From Patescibacteria group bacterium (lineage in GTDB: Bacteria; Patescibacteriota; Patescibacteriia; UBA2591; UBA6264): a stretch of 32,000 nucleotides of DNA. Of the stretch, positions 30,984 through 32,000 are shown piece after piece. The notes under the pieces were generated by a model that was given only the letters and a program-made list of their open reading frames with translations, was not told the DNA's origin and ran no database searches. The stretch is taken from assembly GCA_028713575.1 (NCBI GenBank), contig JAQTOB010000006.1, positions 22,729 to 54,728 of the forward strand. The letters run 5' to 3'. Both the position numbers and the translations under genes were made by a program. The number at the start of each line of letters is the position of its first letter. The first letter of the stretch is position 1.

Positions 30984-32000
30984 ATGATTAAACAACAAGA
31001 AGAATCTTCATCTCGACAAAAAGCAACCGAGATAGCTGTAGAACAACTAAAAGCTCGTTTTGGCGATGGCGCGATTATGAAACTGGGAGAAGCAAAAAAA
31101 ATGGAAGTGGAAGTTATTCCGACTGGTTGCCTTTCTTTAGATTTGGCTTTAGGTGCGGGCGGTGTTCCTCGGGGTCGAATTATTGAAATTTTTGGACAAG
31201 AAATGAGCGGAAAAAGCACTTTAGCCCTGCACATAATTGCCGAAGCGCAAAAAAGAGGCGGGATAGCCGCCTTTGTTGATGCTGAACATGCTTTAGACCC
31301 GGAATACGCCAAAAAAATAGGGGTAAATATCAACGACCTTTTAATTTCTCAACCCGACACAGGAGAACAAGCTTTAGAAATCGTGGAGACACTGGTGCGG
31401 TCTAATGGAGTGGATATTATTATCATTGATTCTGTAGCCGCTTTAACTCCGAAAAAGGAAATAGAAGGGGAAATGGGCGACCAGCAGATCGGTTTGCAAG
31501 CTCGTTTAATGAGTCAGGCCTTAAGGAAACTAACCAGTATTGTCAGTAAAACGAAAACAGCGGTTATTTTCATCAATCAAATTAGAATGAAAATTGGCAT
31601 TATGTTCGGTAATCCGGAAACAACTACCGGCGGTTTGGCTTTAAAATTTTATTCTTCAGTTAGAATTGAAGTTCGGCGCTTGGCTCAAATTAAAAAAGGA
31701 GAAGAAATAATCGGCAACAAAGTAAAAGCTAAGATTGTTAAAAATAAAGTGGCGCCGCCGTTTAAGGTTTGTGAATTTGAAATTATGTATGATGAGGGAA
31801 TTTCTTGGACAGGCGATTTATTGAGTTTAGGCGCCAAATACGGATTAGTTAAAAAATCAGGCAATACTTTGAGTTATGGAGACAATAAATTGGGCGTTGG
31901 TTGGGAAAACGCCAAGAAGTTTTTAAAGGATAATAAGAAAATAGCTCAGGACTTGAAAAAAGACATTTTAAAAGCGGTTAAAGAAGCAGAAAAAGAGAAA
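30984..32000 (+). CDS. recA: Recombinase A, N-terminal 339 codons (3' end outside the window)
   Basis: This gene is not in the ORF track because no stop is reached. My own translation from ATG 30984 gives [36 protein letters not shown]...[20 protein letters not shown]...[20 protein letters not shown]...[10 protein letters not shown], a classic RecA sequence. Confidence 0.95.
   Translation, partial: MIKQQEESSSRQKATEIAVEQLKARFGDGAIMKLGEAKKMEVEVIPTGCLSLDLALGAGGVPRGRIIEIFGQEMSGKSTLALHIIAEAQKRGGIAAFVDAEHALDPEYAKKIGVNINDLLISQPDTGEQALEIVETLVRSNGVDIIIIDSVAALTPKKEIEGEMGDQQIGLQARLMSQALRKLTSIVSKTKTAVIFINQIRMKIGIMFGNPETTTGGLALKFYSSVRIEVRRLAQIKKGEEIIGNKVKAKIVKNKVAPPFKVCEFEIMYDEGISWTGDLLSLGAKYGLVKKSGNTLSYGDNKLGVGWENAKKFLKDNKKIAQDLKKDILKAVKEAEKEK

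Noticed and set aside
1-32000. An alternative genetic code (UGA recoding), as in some candidate-phylum bacteria.
   Set aside because: Conserved genes are full-length under the standard code, and TGA closes a conserved ORF (12788-12790). Nothing suggests in-frame TGA read-through.

Overview
This is a 32-kb, AT-rich window in which every gene I can support lies on the + strand. It holds about 27 tightly packed housekeeping genes, in order: pnp (3' fragment), a UXS-like epimerase, a GT2 glycosyltransferase with a small membrane partner, lepB, hisS, an mtaB-like gene, a nucleoside phosphorylase, a ytxH-like gene, a ferredoxin, ybeY, ftsA, ruvX, an MraY/WecA-family transferase, a TraD/VirD4-like ATPase, a flippase-like membrane protein, alaS, a ybaK-like gene, scpA, scpB, tRNA-Arg(CCG), a frameshifted GIY-YIG gene, a murE-like gene, rpoB, rpoC, ftsK, a rodZ-like gene and recA (5' fragment).

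The genetic code looks standard, since TGA, TAA and TAG all close conserved ORFs. Gene content, compactness and the absence of Shine-Dalgarno motifs suggest a reduced-genome bacterium, possibly CPR/Patescibacteria-like. That is inference only; no search was possible. All product calls come from motif recognition in the supplied translations.

I found no CRISPR array, transposase, prophage or recognisable defence operon. The unusual signal is non-coding or sub-genic:
1. A phased palindrome array plus a near-identical 196-bp tandem duplication with inverted termini lies upstream of scpAB.
2. A GC-rich hairpin element sits in-frame inside scpB and murE and is read in two different frames. Related palindromes occur between rpoB and rpoC and upstream of ftsA.
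3. tRNA-Arg is embedded in hairpin-repeat arrays next to a broken GIY-YIG nuclease gene.
4. Two polyprenyl-phosphate glycosyltransferase genes share a bipartite upstream module.
5. Several -10 boxes sit exactly 7 nt before an ATG, which suggests leaderless mRNAs. One is a textbook consensus promoter in front of a soluble TraD-like ATPase that carries a CxxC-x17-CxxC ribbon and overlaps a membrane-protein gene by ATGA.
6. Two aminoacyl-tRNA synthetases are oddly built: HisRS has a poly-lysine N-terminal extension, and AlaRS is compositionally mosaic and lacks the C-terminal domain.

None of this can be shown to be a new system from one window. I rank the scpA-upstream repeat locus and the in-frame palindromic element as most worth follow-up.
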